Positions 54,682 through 64,000 of a DNA stretch of 64,000 nt are shown here, piece by piece. The notes beneath the pieces were generated by a model. The model had not been told where the DNA came from. It did no database searches and saw nothing but the letters and a program-made list of their open reading frames with translations. Made by a program: the position numbers and the translations under genes. This DNA comes from Minisyncoccota bacterium (GTDB lineage Bacteria; Patescibacteriota; Minisyncoccia; Phycocordibacterales; UBA9973). The stretch is from assembly GCA_041674285.1 (NCBI GenBank), contig JBAYVZ010000001.1, positions 165,129-229,128 on the forward strand, given 5' to 3'. Every line of letters begins with the position of its first letter. Positions within the stretch are counted from its first letter, which is position 1.

Positions 54682-56520
54682 TTACACAACAAAATCTTTA
54701 TTTAAAATTCCATTTCTTATAATTAAATTTTCTGAAGTATAGACATTTGTATAAGATTCATCGTTATTTTTTTTATCAATTTTGATGTAATATTCCCCTT
54801 TTGGAATCAAACAATAGTAGTTCCCATGCTTGTCTGCAACACGATGAAATATTTCTTTTGTTCCACCTTTGGCAAATATCCTCACGACAGCAAAAGACAA
54901 TGGGAACATTGTATCTTTTTCTCTTATCACTCCGTGTGTTTTTGTTTTTATATTTATCTTTTTAAATATCATCAATACGATATAAAAAGATATAACGACG
55001 ATATTATAAAGATTGAAACCATTAACAATAATCAAGAACACAGCCAACAAGAAACCAGCGTAGAACAAGAAGTTAGAAACAACGGACAATATCCATGCAT
55101 ATGGTGAGTTGAACTTCAAAAGATTTTTATCTTTTTTAGTAAACTCGTTCCAGTCAAAACGCTCCGGATCCATAGGGATATTCTTTGTGATTATTTTACC
55201 CTGCTCGATAAACATATCATCCCCAAAATAAAGATTGTCATAGACACCGTCCGTATCTCGACCTTTTAATTTCAATGATGGGAAAATATAATTATTCTTT
55301 TTTACAGATATACGATAAGTTCCAGATGGTACTAGGAATCCAAAGCGTCCATCCATATCAGTTATCGCGGTAGCTACTTCTTTATTGTTTTTATCTAGCA
55401 ATACTACATACACGGGATCTAGTGGTTGCTTTGTGACACTATCATACACAGTACCCCAGGATTGTCTTTTTTTCTTTAGTCCGACGGCAGAAAGGAATAG
55501 GCTCCATAACCTAATAAAGTTTAAAAAGAAATCTGAGATAGACAGGGCGCTAGCTATCATAGAAGATACGATAGTAGTACTACCTCCCACTACTCCAACT
55601 GTTGTTACTGTTTTTGTTGATATATCTAATCCCGGAGCAAAAGAAACAACTGTTTCTTCTATACCAGAATCGTTTTGTTTTTCTTGGATAATATTGTTAG
55701 TAATAGCGACTGTTTTCTTTGCTACACTAGTTATGATTCCGGATGGTTTTTCTACTACGACATCTGAAGATTTTTTATTGTTAGGAATAGATTTTTCATC
55801 TGTAGGCATTATATATGTGACAGCTCCATCAGGGTTTGTCACAGTACCATTGTTTATCTTTATCACATCCCCACCATAGTAATATTCACCATCGCCTAGC
55901 ACTGGTAAGGGTTTTTGCTTTACGGTAGTAGTATCATTTGTATCTGCAATTGTAGTAGGCTTGTTTGATGGAGGTACGGTCGATGCTGTCACATCTGGAG
56001 CGATGGTTCCGTCTGCTCGCACAGATATAGGCCTCCAATCTGTCACTACTTTATATTCATCAACAGCACAGGAGTCATTGTTTTTACAATTGAATGATAT
56101 TTTTCCAAATTTTTCAGAGTTTGCGTAACCCGCGAATTCTCCATCCGAATTTATGATTACACCACTGAAATTAATCCATCCACCAAATTCAGACGTAGCG
56201 TACCCAGACAGTATTCCTTCTCCATTATTCACGACTCCCCCATCCGACGGTGCAAGATTCACCCATCCTATACCCTCACCCCATGCAAACCCAGATAGGC
56301 CACTATCTGACACTTTGACATTTATACTCCCCTTAAATAATCCAAAATTAATTTTTATATCTTTATTGTCTACACCTTTCGCAGTCTTGTATGTACCGTC
56401 TATCACACCCAAAGTGGTGGACGCATCTATGATGTATGGATTGTTTATCGAGAATACCAAGAATGATATAACGCCAACAAACACAATAAGACTATTTTTA
56501 TTGTGTTTGTATGGTGTCAT
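54682..56520 (-). CDS. Membrane/surface protein with two carboxypeptidase-regulatory-like (CarbopepD_reg) beta-sandwich domains and N-terminal GW-containing repeats (hypothetical)
   Basis: Signal/TM sequence. Repeats SGFAWGEGIGWVNL, EFGGWINFSG and KFGKISFNC. Two segments resemble CarbopepD_reg (TDMDGRFGFLVPSGTYRISVK, ADKHGNYYCLIPKGEYYIKI), separated by TM helices. Confidence 0.45.
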   Translation of the reverse strand: MTPYKHNKNSLIVFVGVISFLVFSINNPYIIDASTTLGVIDGTYKTAKGVDNKDIKINFGLFKGSINVKVSDSGLSGFAWGEGIGWVNLAPSDGGVVNNGEGILSGYATSEFGGWINFSGVIINSDGEFAGYANSEKFGKISFNCKNNDSCAVDEYKVVTDWRPISVRADGTIAPDVTASTVPPSNKPTTIADTNDTTTVKQKPLPVLGDGEYYYGGDVIKINNGTVTNPDGAVTYIMPTDEKSIPNNKKSSDVVVEKPSGIITSVAKKTVAITNNIIQEKQNDSGIEETVVSFAPGLDISTKTVTTVGVVGGSTTIVSSMIASALSISDFFLNFIRLWSLFLSAVGLKKKRQSWGTVYDSVTKQPLDPVYVVLLDKNNKEVATAITDMDGRFGFLVPSGTYRISVKKNNYIFPSLKLKGRDTDGVYDNLYFGDDMFIEQGKIITKNIPMDPERFDWNEFTKKDKNLLKFNSPYAWILSVVSNFLFYAGFLLAVFLIIVNGFNLYNIVVISFYIVLMIFKKINIKTKTHGVIREKDTMFPLSFAVVRIFAKGGTKEIFHRVADKHGNYYCLIPKGEYYIKIDKKNNDESYTNVYTSENLIIRNGILNKDFVV

Positions 56521-56527
56521 ATATTTA

Positions 56528-59500
56528 TTATTTTACGTTATTGATAAAGTTGAATGATTCGTTGAAGTTTTTAAAGATAACATCAACGATAGACTCACTA
56601 GGTCTCGGTGTTATTATAGTACGAATTGGAAGTTTTTTCACATTCTTTGCGTCATCAGATGAAGCTACTTGGAATCGATATACCGTACCTGGCTTGAGTG
56701 TAGTTAGGATAACCACATGATTCAGAGTAAGCTCTGTATCTTCTTGCTTGTTTGCCAATGGCTTATCAGGAGATCCAGATCCTTCCTCGTAGTAAACCAC
56801 AGAGGTAGATGGTTCATCAGTCTTCCATGAGATGATAGTCTGAGTTTTGTCATTTCTACCTACAACCAGTGAACTATCTACTTTTACTTTTGATATTGCA
56901 GGAGCTGTCACATCTGTAGAAGTTTTGATTGTAATTGTTCCCGCTGATTCTACCGTATTTCCTATATCATTTAATCCTGACACATCTACTTGATACAAGG
57001 TTCCAGGATCAAGATTTTCTATTTTTACAACGTGACCAGTACTCCTAATATCATCTGTTCTCTTGTTTACTTTGCCGGTCTTTAGATTCTTGTATTCTAC
57101 GATTGATGAAGTTTTACTATTTGTACTCCACGACACAGTGAATGAATTCTTTGTAAGATTTGTAACAGAAACTTTTATCTTTGAAGCTTTGGTTATAAAG
57201 GTAAAATCTTTTGATTTACCTACGATCTGAGGCAATGAGAATGCTTTTGCCGAGAAGTGGTATTTTGTATTTGATTTTAGATTTATAAGTTTTACTTTGT
57301 GTATAGTTACCTTGCTTGTAGTATCTGATACTTCACCATTATAAGGATTATCTTTTGTCTCATCATAGTAATCATCTGTAGCATAACCAACGAGAGAGAA
57401 TCCTTTGATGTTTGTCTTGTATGTAATCACAGCACTATCCTCAGTAATATCAGTGACCACTGGAGCCTCTACGAATGGAGGCACGAGAGATGGCAATATT
57501 GATTCAATGCTTGATTCTATTTCATTTTGGAATTGCTCGACATTTTCAATCTTGTTTATCTCATCTAGATTCTCACTAAAGAATTTTGTCTTGAAAACTT
57601 GCTTGTCTCCTATAGATACAGCTACATTGCTATATTTATCTACAACTGCTATTCCATAGTAGTAATCTGTACCCACAGTCAAGCCTCCTATATTTATCTT
57701 GTGGTTTGTAGACCATTTAAAGTTACCTTCTGTCTTGCCGAAATCTTTTGTCTTGCCATAATCTACTCCAGCTACAGTCAATCGATCTGTATCAAATGTC
57801 ACTGTTGCTCCGAAAGCTGTAACATCAGATACTTTTATATTTGAAATCACTGGTAGTGTCGTTATCCCAAACATATTATTCTTCTTTAATTCTGCAAGCT
57901 CCTTCTGTAGAGCTTCGTACACAGATAGAGCTACTCCAGATGAACCGCCACCACCACCACTATTTACTACTATGACCTGACCTGCAGCCACAGTCTCTAC
58001 TTCTTGTTCTGGTGATATAGCGATATTCCCTGACCCATCCTCTGATACAACGACATAATAGTATGTAGTAGTAGCAGTGAGTGAATCCATCAGCGCCCAG
58101 TGAGTAGCTTGCTTGTCAGAATCATCACGTAGAGCACTAGATGAATATCCATTGTTAGGATCACCTAAAATATCTTCTGTGACCAAACCTTCCTCATTTT
58201 TTTCAAACGTATTTGTACTCCAATACACTTGAGTATTTGATCGCTCGTTAGTATTCCAACTCACCATCACAACATCACTCTTTATCACAGGAGTAGATAT
58301 ATTTGATATTGTTGGTGGAGCACTATCTTCTACTGTTCTTGTTGCTGTACCTGTTACTGTGCCACCTATACCTTCCGTATAGGTAACCGTATATATCACG
58401 TCACCACCAGAAACTCCGGCAGTAGAACTATTACTACTGATTGTATACGTAACTCCAGGGACATCAGTAACTGGTTGTCCATTTGTAATAAGATTTATTG
58501 ATGTAATACCATCAGCTGAATAAGTAGCACTCCAGTCGTCTGTAGGATAAGGCGCTCCTGGTGCCAAAACTAGAGGATTACTACTAAAAGTAATTGCGGG
58601 TAAGGGCTCATCAATCAAACCGAATCCGACTGCCATAGATACATCTCCTTTGATTTGTGAGAATGTATACCCAGCCTGATAATCATCTACATTCAAAGGT
58701 GTAATTGTGTCTCCGATAGTCACAGATAGAGTCTTTACTTTATGTAGATCTGTATCAGGGACAAATGTGTATGCTGGAGTAGACAGCTTGTCGACGACAA
58801 CATTTCCAGCAGAGATAGTATCTCCATTTGCATCCTTGACTGTTCCTGGACCTGTAATAGTAAGAGTTAGGTTATATGTATCTGCATAATCAACATTAAC
58901 TATTCTTTCTGCAGTAGAAATCCCTCCTGCACTTATCGCTTTGTAAATTATTTTATATTCCCCTACAGCATTAACATTTACCGCACCACTCTTGCTCCAT
59001 AGACATCCATTTTGCGGTGCAGTTGTAGTATCACCCTCTGTACAAGACACATCATTATCTTCTACAGCAGTTATGCCGTCATCGATATATTCTTCTCCGA
59101 GTACTACATCAACTTCAGGATCACCTAACAATGTGATCTCTGGTGCAGTTGTATCTAGAGTAGCAGTGAAAGAAACATTTATAGTTTTATTTTCTTGTAT
59201 ATCTGTGAATGATACAGAAGTAGAATTATTTGCACGAGTCTCACCCCCTACAGTCAGTAAATCTATACTGTATCCATCAGCTGGTGTGATTGTAAATGTA
59301 GCATCATTACCTGTAGTAGCACTTGCTCTTGGTATCGTATACACACTGTTACTTGCTGAGTAACCTGTTAGAGCTTGAGTAGTAGCATCTGCATCAACTG
59401 CTCCATTCGCACCCACAGTCACTGTGACTGTATATGATGCTGCTAGAACGACATTAACTGTTCTACTTTTTATGGTAGACAATCCACCTGAATCTTTTGC

Positions 59501-62500
59501 TGTATATGTATATGTATAGGTTCCTAGTGCATTTGTATTTACAGTTCCAGTTCTTATATATTCACAATCAGTAATAGTTGTACTGAAAGATGACACTGAA
59601 GTACAAGCAGACCCACTATCTTCAATAGTAGCACCAGCATCAGTATATGAACCACTATTAAGAACAACCTCAATACTGTCAGAATCAGTAAGAACTATAG
59701 TAGGAGCGACATTTTCAATATCATCATTGTATATAGTATAAATGAATGTTGATGTTCCTAGTGTCGCATTGTTTGGGTTAGCCAGTGTGACAATAATTGT
59801 TTCCCCTGCCTCAGAATTATCATCATTAGTAACAGTAAACGGAATACTTGCATTTGTAGATCCTGGAGCTATGGTCAAAGTTCCAGTTGTATTTGTCGCA
59901 GTAAAATCAGAATTCAATGTTGCTGTACCATCTGTGGTGATAGTATATGCGACAGTCACACTCTTACCAGAAGCAGGTAGAAGAGATACGTCTATAGTTT
60001 TCGCTGCTGGTGTATCACTTTCGAGACTACTATCATTATCTGTTGTAAATCCGATAGCAGGAGCATCATCATCATCATTTATGGTATATGTATATATTTT
60101 ATTTGTGAGAGCTACAGTCGCCATACCAGAAGACACAGCACTCAGAGTGACGACGATAGTCTCAGGATCTTCGTCTGTAGTATCTGCAGTTATTGGTATT
60201 TGAATAAGAGCAGAATCAGTATTTGCAGGGATAGTCACAGATAGCGGATTTGGAGCAGTGTAATCTGTACCTGCTGTTGCTCCACCTGTTAGAGTATATG
60301 TGACTACTGTATCTGTACCAGATTGAGCTGATATATATACTGGGATATCTATTGTACCAGCTGTATCTTCTGTGTCACTTAATGAAAGTGCATTTTCGTC
60401 AAATGAGACAGTGGCACTGATATCCGCGTCGATAGTATATGTATATGTATTTGTCGGTGATGAAGCACTGGCAATCTCCACATTGTCAGGAGACAATACC
60501 AAAACTACTGTTCTTGAACCCAATACATTTGGATTGTTGTTTACACCTAGTGTGATAACCCCAGTTGTTTGCCCTGCTGGTATTGTGATAAATCCAGCAC
60601 CCAGGTCATAGTCTTCTACTGGTGCAGTAGAGCTCGCATCTGCAGTGTAGTTTACTCTGACATCTTGGTATGAGGCATTTGTAAGTGTGACTGGGATACC
60701 AACTGTATCTACAGTCTCTGCACCATTACTAAATAGAGGTGAATCAAAGGTTATAGCAGGGATAGTATCGTCATTTGTAATTGTATGAGTATATACATCA
60801 TCAACTCCAGTAGTCAAAGTTGCGCCTGGTGCACTATTTATAGTCAATATTACGGTCTCATTTTGTTCATACCCGGTATCTCCAGTTATGTTCAGAGTTA
60901 TATCTGTATACAATTCACCCGCTGGTATAACAGCAGATCCTGACAATGCAGTAAAGTCTGTACCGCTAGTAGCTGTACCAGTTACTGTATATGTAGCTGT
61001 GATAGGACTACTAGATGCGCCAACAATAGAAAGTCTTATTGGAATTACTCCACTATTTGCATTTTCATTCACACTTGAATTATCAGTTACAGTAAATCCT
61101 ATAGCTGGAGCATCATCATTGTCTGTGATTGTATTTGTATATGATGCATTCCCGCCTGATGTAATCTTTGTAGGATCAACATTTAAGATAATAGTCTCTC
61201 CATTGTCTTGGATTGCGTCATCTACAACACTGATAGCAAGTGGTGCTACTAGAGTAGTATCTCCCGCTTCAAATGTCACAGTTCCAGCTGATGAGCCAGT
61301 CTGAGCCATTGTATAGTCGGTAGTAGCATCAGCTGAACCAGTGACAGTGTATGGGAATGATATATCGAGAGGATATGCACGTGATAGTGTCATACCTACA
61401 TTCACCGGCACTACTGGCGTAGCCTCAGCACTTGTACCCGTTAGAGAATCAAATGTGACAGTAGGAGCAGTGAGTACGAGTGGGTCCAATGTTCCATCTT
61501 CAGAATAATCACTCTGACTAGATAGCGGACCGGAGTCAGCAGCCTGATTGTCATGAACTAGGACTCTGATTCCAGTGTTTGAATAAGATCCACCAGCAAG
61601 GTCAACATCATTCTGAGCATTCCATGTGATAGAACCAGAGTAACCACTTGTAGCTATTGAACTATCGACGACTGAGACTAGGCTGTCAGTAGCCATGATC
61701 CATACAGGAGTACCAGTAAATATCGTACTGTTTTGTCTAGTTACCCTTGGTGATGTAGGCCATGTAGCACGTACAATACCAGTGAGAGAATTACTATTCT
61801 TTCCAGTATACTGAAGAACTTCATTGTTTAATTGAATATACCCTCCGCCAGATTTGAATCGAGATACATCAGATACAGGCAGATTACCACTAGACAATGC
61901 TCCAGTCGTCACTACCCCTATATTGTACATAACAACAGCTTCATACTCCGGACTATTTTTTGTACTAGCAGAAGGGTCTGTTAATAGGTAAGATACACTG
62001 ACAACTTTTGTTGTTGTGTTCTGGCTCGGAACAACATTTTCAACTTTTGGAGCAGTAGCTACGCTACCTCCTCCACCTTCACCATAGTCCTGAACACCAT
62101 TGGGTTTAACGTGAGTTTGAACATTCACCGAGATATTACTTCCACTGACCACAGAAAGCTTGTATTTGTAATGTTTTGTAGTATCTAGACCAACATCAAG
62201 GAAATGATAATTACCATTATTATCAGTAGACAAGCCACCTGAAGTATCGACAACAGAATATGATTCTTCGTACGTTATGTTGTCCGAAGATGAAGCTCTT
62301 TGCAGTTTATATGCACCAACTTCATTTGAATCAGCCCAACCGATATACATCGCATAGTAAGAAGTAGCGACATTTGATACGTCTTGGATAGTGAGTGACC
62401 CTGAGGTTACAGGTGCTGGAGTAGATATCAAAACGGGACCAGTCACATTACCATAGGAATCCCTAAATTCATAGTTCAAATCTTTAGCCTCAAAACCAGC

Positions 62501-64000
62501 ATCAAAACCCCAAGATGCAGTAGTATCTCCAGTTATAGACGTCCATGATCCTGTAGTCTGTGGTGTATTTGAAGTATGGTCAGATATCCTATATTCAACA
62601 GTAGATATATCTACAGGCATCGGAATAGTGACAATAGCATCTGAACCACCGGCTGTTCCCGCCTCTACTGTTACAGTAGCGGATGGGGCTTTTTGATCAA
62701 AATTAAATGATGAAGATTCAACATAGTGCACCATTTCACCAGTAGCTCCGTCGTCTGCCAGTAGACGTATTGTCATCGCACTATTTTCCATACCAGATGC
62801 ATCAGTTCTTGCATCCCATACGATACTCTTGTCTGCTGGAGGTGTATCATTTAGACTTTTTGCCTGATATCCATAATCCCCAGATACACTAGGTGCGTAT
62901 ATGTAAATTTTTGTATTCTGAGAATGTGAAGCTGGAGTTGCTTGATTATCAGTAGAAGTAAGACCACTAATTAGATAGTTAACACCCGCACCCCTAGTCA
63001 AACTAAGGACATTACCTGATTTTGTATATTCAATAATTTCATTATCTATAAGAATATATCCTGTGCTTGGAAATAGTGCTCCACTAGACACAGTCATACT
63101 AACAGCAGATGAATTTATTCCACCTGAAGGAACCAATATTCCAGAATCATAGAACAATGAGATACTAAGATTGTCTGACTCGATATCAGTTGCCTTGTAA
63201 CTAAGACTAATAGTGCCATCAGAAGCATGTTGAGACGGCGTAGACAGATTAGAGACTACAGGAGGAGCATTTGTAGAAACAAATGATATATCTGATATGG
63301 TACTAGTATTAGAAGCTCCATCAGTGGACTTTGCTCTTATTTTATAAGTCCTACCGATTTCAAATGGAACACTGGATGTAGAATAAGACCAAGTTGTTGT
63401 CCCAGTAGCTGTATTCCAACTCTCAGTAGTAGATGAGAAATCGGAACCATTATAATAATTACCATTTGATGATCCTCCTACACCGAGATCCTGGATAGAA
63501 ATTTCTACAGTATCCACATTAGACCCTCCTGTGTCAGCAGAAGTTCCAGCCACAGACCTCATGCTGTAAATTTGCTGAGGGGTTGCAGACTGACCAGCAC
63601 TAGTACATCCATTTCCAGGGATAGAACAAAATGCTGTCATAGCCAAAGTCGGAGCATTGACGTCAATCAAAACTGAACCATAACTAGAATACGCCGACTC
63701 ATTCAATGCACGGTCGATGGCTTTTACTCGGAAATACCAAGCACCATTAGCTAGAGTGGATTGATGGGTATAAGAATTTGTACTTGATGTACCATTTCCA
63801 ACATTCTGAGTAAACAAAGAATCGCTTGCCCACTGCACAGAATAAGTAGCCCCCACCATATTAGATTCGGTATCTGTAGAAGCATCCCATGACCATGTCG
63901 GATCACTATCGCTCAGTGGAGTTGATGTAGTTGATGGTGTACCAGGCACAGTAGGCGCAATGCTGTCTACATTTATAAGAGCGCCAGAACAAGCATAATT
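56528..64000 (-). CDS. Giant Ser/Thr-rich surface protein with tandem Calx-beta-like and Fn3/Ig-like domains; N-terminus truncated by the window edge (>2,490 aa)
   Basis: The reading frame stays open to the window end, and the track M at 63949 is a GTG. There are at least 5 repeats with the Calx-beta pattern (D-D-D-A-P-x-I-x-F ... Y-T-V-T-G-T-A-T-x-G-T-D-F/Y-T ... I-P-A-G ... I-T). Fn3-like modules are near the C-terminus. Confidence 0.75.
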   Translation of the reverse strand, partial: NYACSGALINVDSIAPTVPGTPSTTSTPLSDSDPTWSWDASTDTESNMVGATYSVQWASDSLFTQNVGNGTSSTNSYTHQSTLANGAWYFRVKAIDRALNESAYSSYGSVLIDVNAPTLAMTAFCSIPGNGCTSAGQSATPQQIYSMRSVAGTSADTGGSNVDTVEISIQDLGVGGSSNGNYYNGSDFSSTTESWNTATGTTTWSYSTSSVPFEIGRTYKIRAKSTDGASNTSTISDISFVSTNAPPVVSNLSTPSQHASDGTISLSYKATDIESDNLSISLFYDSGILVPSGGINSSAVSMTVSSGALFPSTGYILIDNEIIEYTKSGNVLSLTRGAGVNYLISGLTSTDNQATPASHSQNTKIYIYAPSVSGDYGYQAKSLNDTPPADKSIVWDARTDASGMENSAMTIRLLADDGATGEMVHYVESSSFNFDQKAPSATVTVEAGTAGGSDAIVTIPMPVDISTVEYRISDHTSNTPQTTGSWTSITGDTTASWGFDAGFEAKDLNYEFRDSYGNVTGPVLISTPAPVTSGSLTIQDVSNVATSYYAMYIGWADSNEVGAYKLQRASSSDNITYEESYSVVDTSGGLSTDNNGNYHFLDVGLDTTKHYKYKLSVVSGSNISVNVQTHVKPNGVQDYGEGGGGSVATAPKVENVVPSQNTTTKVVSVSYLLTDPSASTKNSPEYEAVVMYNIGVVTTGALSSGNLPVSDVSRFKSGGGYIQLNNEVLQYTGKNSNSLTGIVRATWPTSPRVTRQNSTIFTGTPVWIMATDSLVSVVDSSIATSGYSGSITWNAQNDVDLAGGSYSNTGIRVLVHDNQAADSGPLSSQSDYSEDGTLDPLVLTAPTVTFDSLTGTSAEATPVVPVNVGMTLSRAYPLDISFPYTVTGSADATTDYTMAQTGSSAGTVTFEAGDTTLVAPLAISVVDDAIQDNGETIILNVDPTKITSGGNASYTNTITDNDDAPAIGFTVTDNSSVNENANSGVIPIRLSIVGASSSPITATYTVTGTATSGTDFTALSGSAVIPAGELYTDITLNITGDTGYEQNETVILTINSAPGATLTTGVDDVYTHTITNDDTIPAITFDSPLFSNGAETVDTVGIPVTLTNASYQDVRVNYTADASSTAPVEDYDLGAGFITIPAGQTTGVITLGVNNNPNVLGSRTVVLVLSPDNVEIASASSPTNTYTYTIDADISATVSFDENALSLSDTEDTAGTIDIPVYISAQSGTDTVVTYTLTGGATAGTDYTAPNPLSVTIPANTDSALIQIPITADTTDEDPETIVVTLSAVSSGMATVALTNKIYTYTINDDDDAPAIGFTTDNDSSLESDTPAAKTIDVSLLPASGKSVTVAYTITTDGTATLNSDFTATNTTGTLTIAPGSTNASIPFTVTNDDNSEAGETIIVTLANPNNATLGTSTFIYTIYNDDIENVAPTIVLTDSDSIEVVLNSGSYTDAGATIEDSGSACTSVSSFSTTITDCEYIRTGTVNTNALGTYTYTYTAKDSGGLSTIKSRTVNVVLAASYTVTVTVGANGAVDADATTQALTGYSASNSVYTIPRASATTGNDATFTITPADGYSIDLLTVGGETRANNSTSVSFTDIQENKTINVSFTATLDTTAPEITLLGDPEVDVVLGEEYIDDGITAVEDNDVSCTEGDTTTAPQNGCLWSKSGAVNVNAVGEYKIIYKAISAGGISTAERIVNVDYADTYNLTLTITGPGTVKDANGDTISAGNVVVDKLSTPAYTFVPDTDLHKVKTLSVTIGDTITPLNVDDYQAGYTFSQIKGDVSMAVGFGLIDEPLPAITFSSNPLVLAPGAPYPTDDWSATYSADGITSINLITNGQPVTDVPGVTYTISSNSSTAGVSGGDVIYTVTYTEGIGGTVTGTATRTVEDSAPPTISNISTPVIKSDVVMVSWNTNERSNTQVYWSTNTFEKNEEGLVTEDILGDPNNGYSSSALRDDSDKQATHWALMDSLTATTTYYYVVVSEDGSGNIAISPEQEVETVAAGQVIVVNSGGGGGSSGVALSVYEALQKELAELKKNNMFGITTLPVISNIKVSDVTAFGATVTFDTDRLTVAGVDYGKTKDFGKTEGNFKWSTNHKINIGGLTVGTDYYYGIAVVDKYSNVAVSIGDKQVFKTKFFSENLDEINKIENVEQFQNEIESSIESILPSLVPPFVEAPVVTDITEDSAVITYKTNIKGFSLVGYATDDYYDETKDNPYNGEVSDTTSKVTIHKVKLINLKSNTKYHFSAKAFSLPQIVGKSKDFTFITKASKIKVSVTNLTKNSFTVSWSTNSKTSSIVEYKNLKTGKVNKRTDDIRSTGHVVKIENLDPGTLYQVDVSGLNDIGNTVESAGTITIKTSTDVTAPAISKVKVDSSLVVGRNDKTQTIISWKTDEPSTSVVYYEEGSGSPDKPLANKQEDTELTLNHVVILTTLKPGTVYRFQVASSDDAKNVKKLPIRTIITPRPSESIVDVIFKNFNESFNFINNVK

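Noticed and set aside
1-64000. rRNA genes, transposases, integrases and prophage genes
   Set aside because: None recognised. No ORF shows DDE, tyrosine or serine recombinase or phage structural motifs. No stretch has rRNA-like composition or conserved rRNA motifs.

Overview
This 64-kb window comes from a low-GC (about one-third GC) bacterial chromosome. Coding is dense, mostly on the minus strand, and Shine-Dalgarno sequences are largely absent. Most of the content is housekeeping: dnaJ, a peptidoglycan/division (dcw) cluster, two segregation genes (scpA, scpB), six tRNA synthetases, gatB, pth, lepB, def-fmt, dnaB, recR, ribosomal proteins L27/L9/L21, rsmI and one tRNA-Leu(UAA). Numerous hairpin terminators are visible.

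The most striking non-genic signal is a family of at least nine ~117-119-bp intergenic elements bounded by 12-bp terminal inverted repeats (CCCGTTAGAGA ... TCTCTAACGGGA). They fall into three sequence subtypes, and each has a 7-bp-stem hairpin next to one terminus. In every copy, the hairpin-bearing end sits 0-40 bp from the start codon of an outward-reading gene. In eight of nine copies the gene-proximal terminus directly abuts the ATG (rplI, gltX, ftsW, dnaB, recR, an arginase-family gene and two tiny 2-TM ORFs). In the ninth (aspS) the start codon lies 40 bp from the far terminus of the element, which lies between aspS and the hairpin, so this copy's orientation differs.

Other regions worth a second look:
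- A two-gene insertion (wHTH + Cas2-like protein, plus a 166-aa hypothetical) inside the dcw cluster between ftsW and murG, with a ~35-bp imperfect palindrome on each side of the Cas2-like gene.
- An orphan histidine kinase operon with two unknown partners, next to two HExxH proteins.
- A polyamine-related cluster (agmatinase, DUF62/SAM-hydrolase-like, deoxyhypusine-synthase-like), plus a separate arginine-decarboxylase-like gene.
- An operon of receiver domain, MacB-like ABC ATPase (with a long C-terminal extension) and FtsX-like permease, lying downstream of a giant Calx-beta-repeat surface protein that runs past the window edge.

No CRISPR array, rRNA gene, transposase or integrase was recognised.
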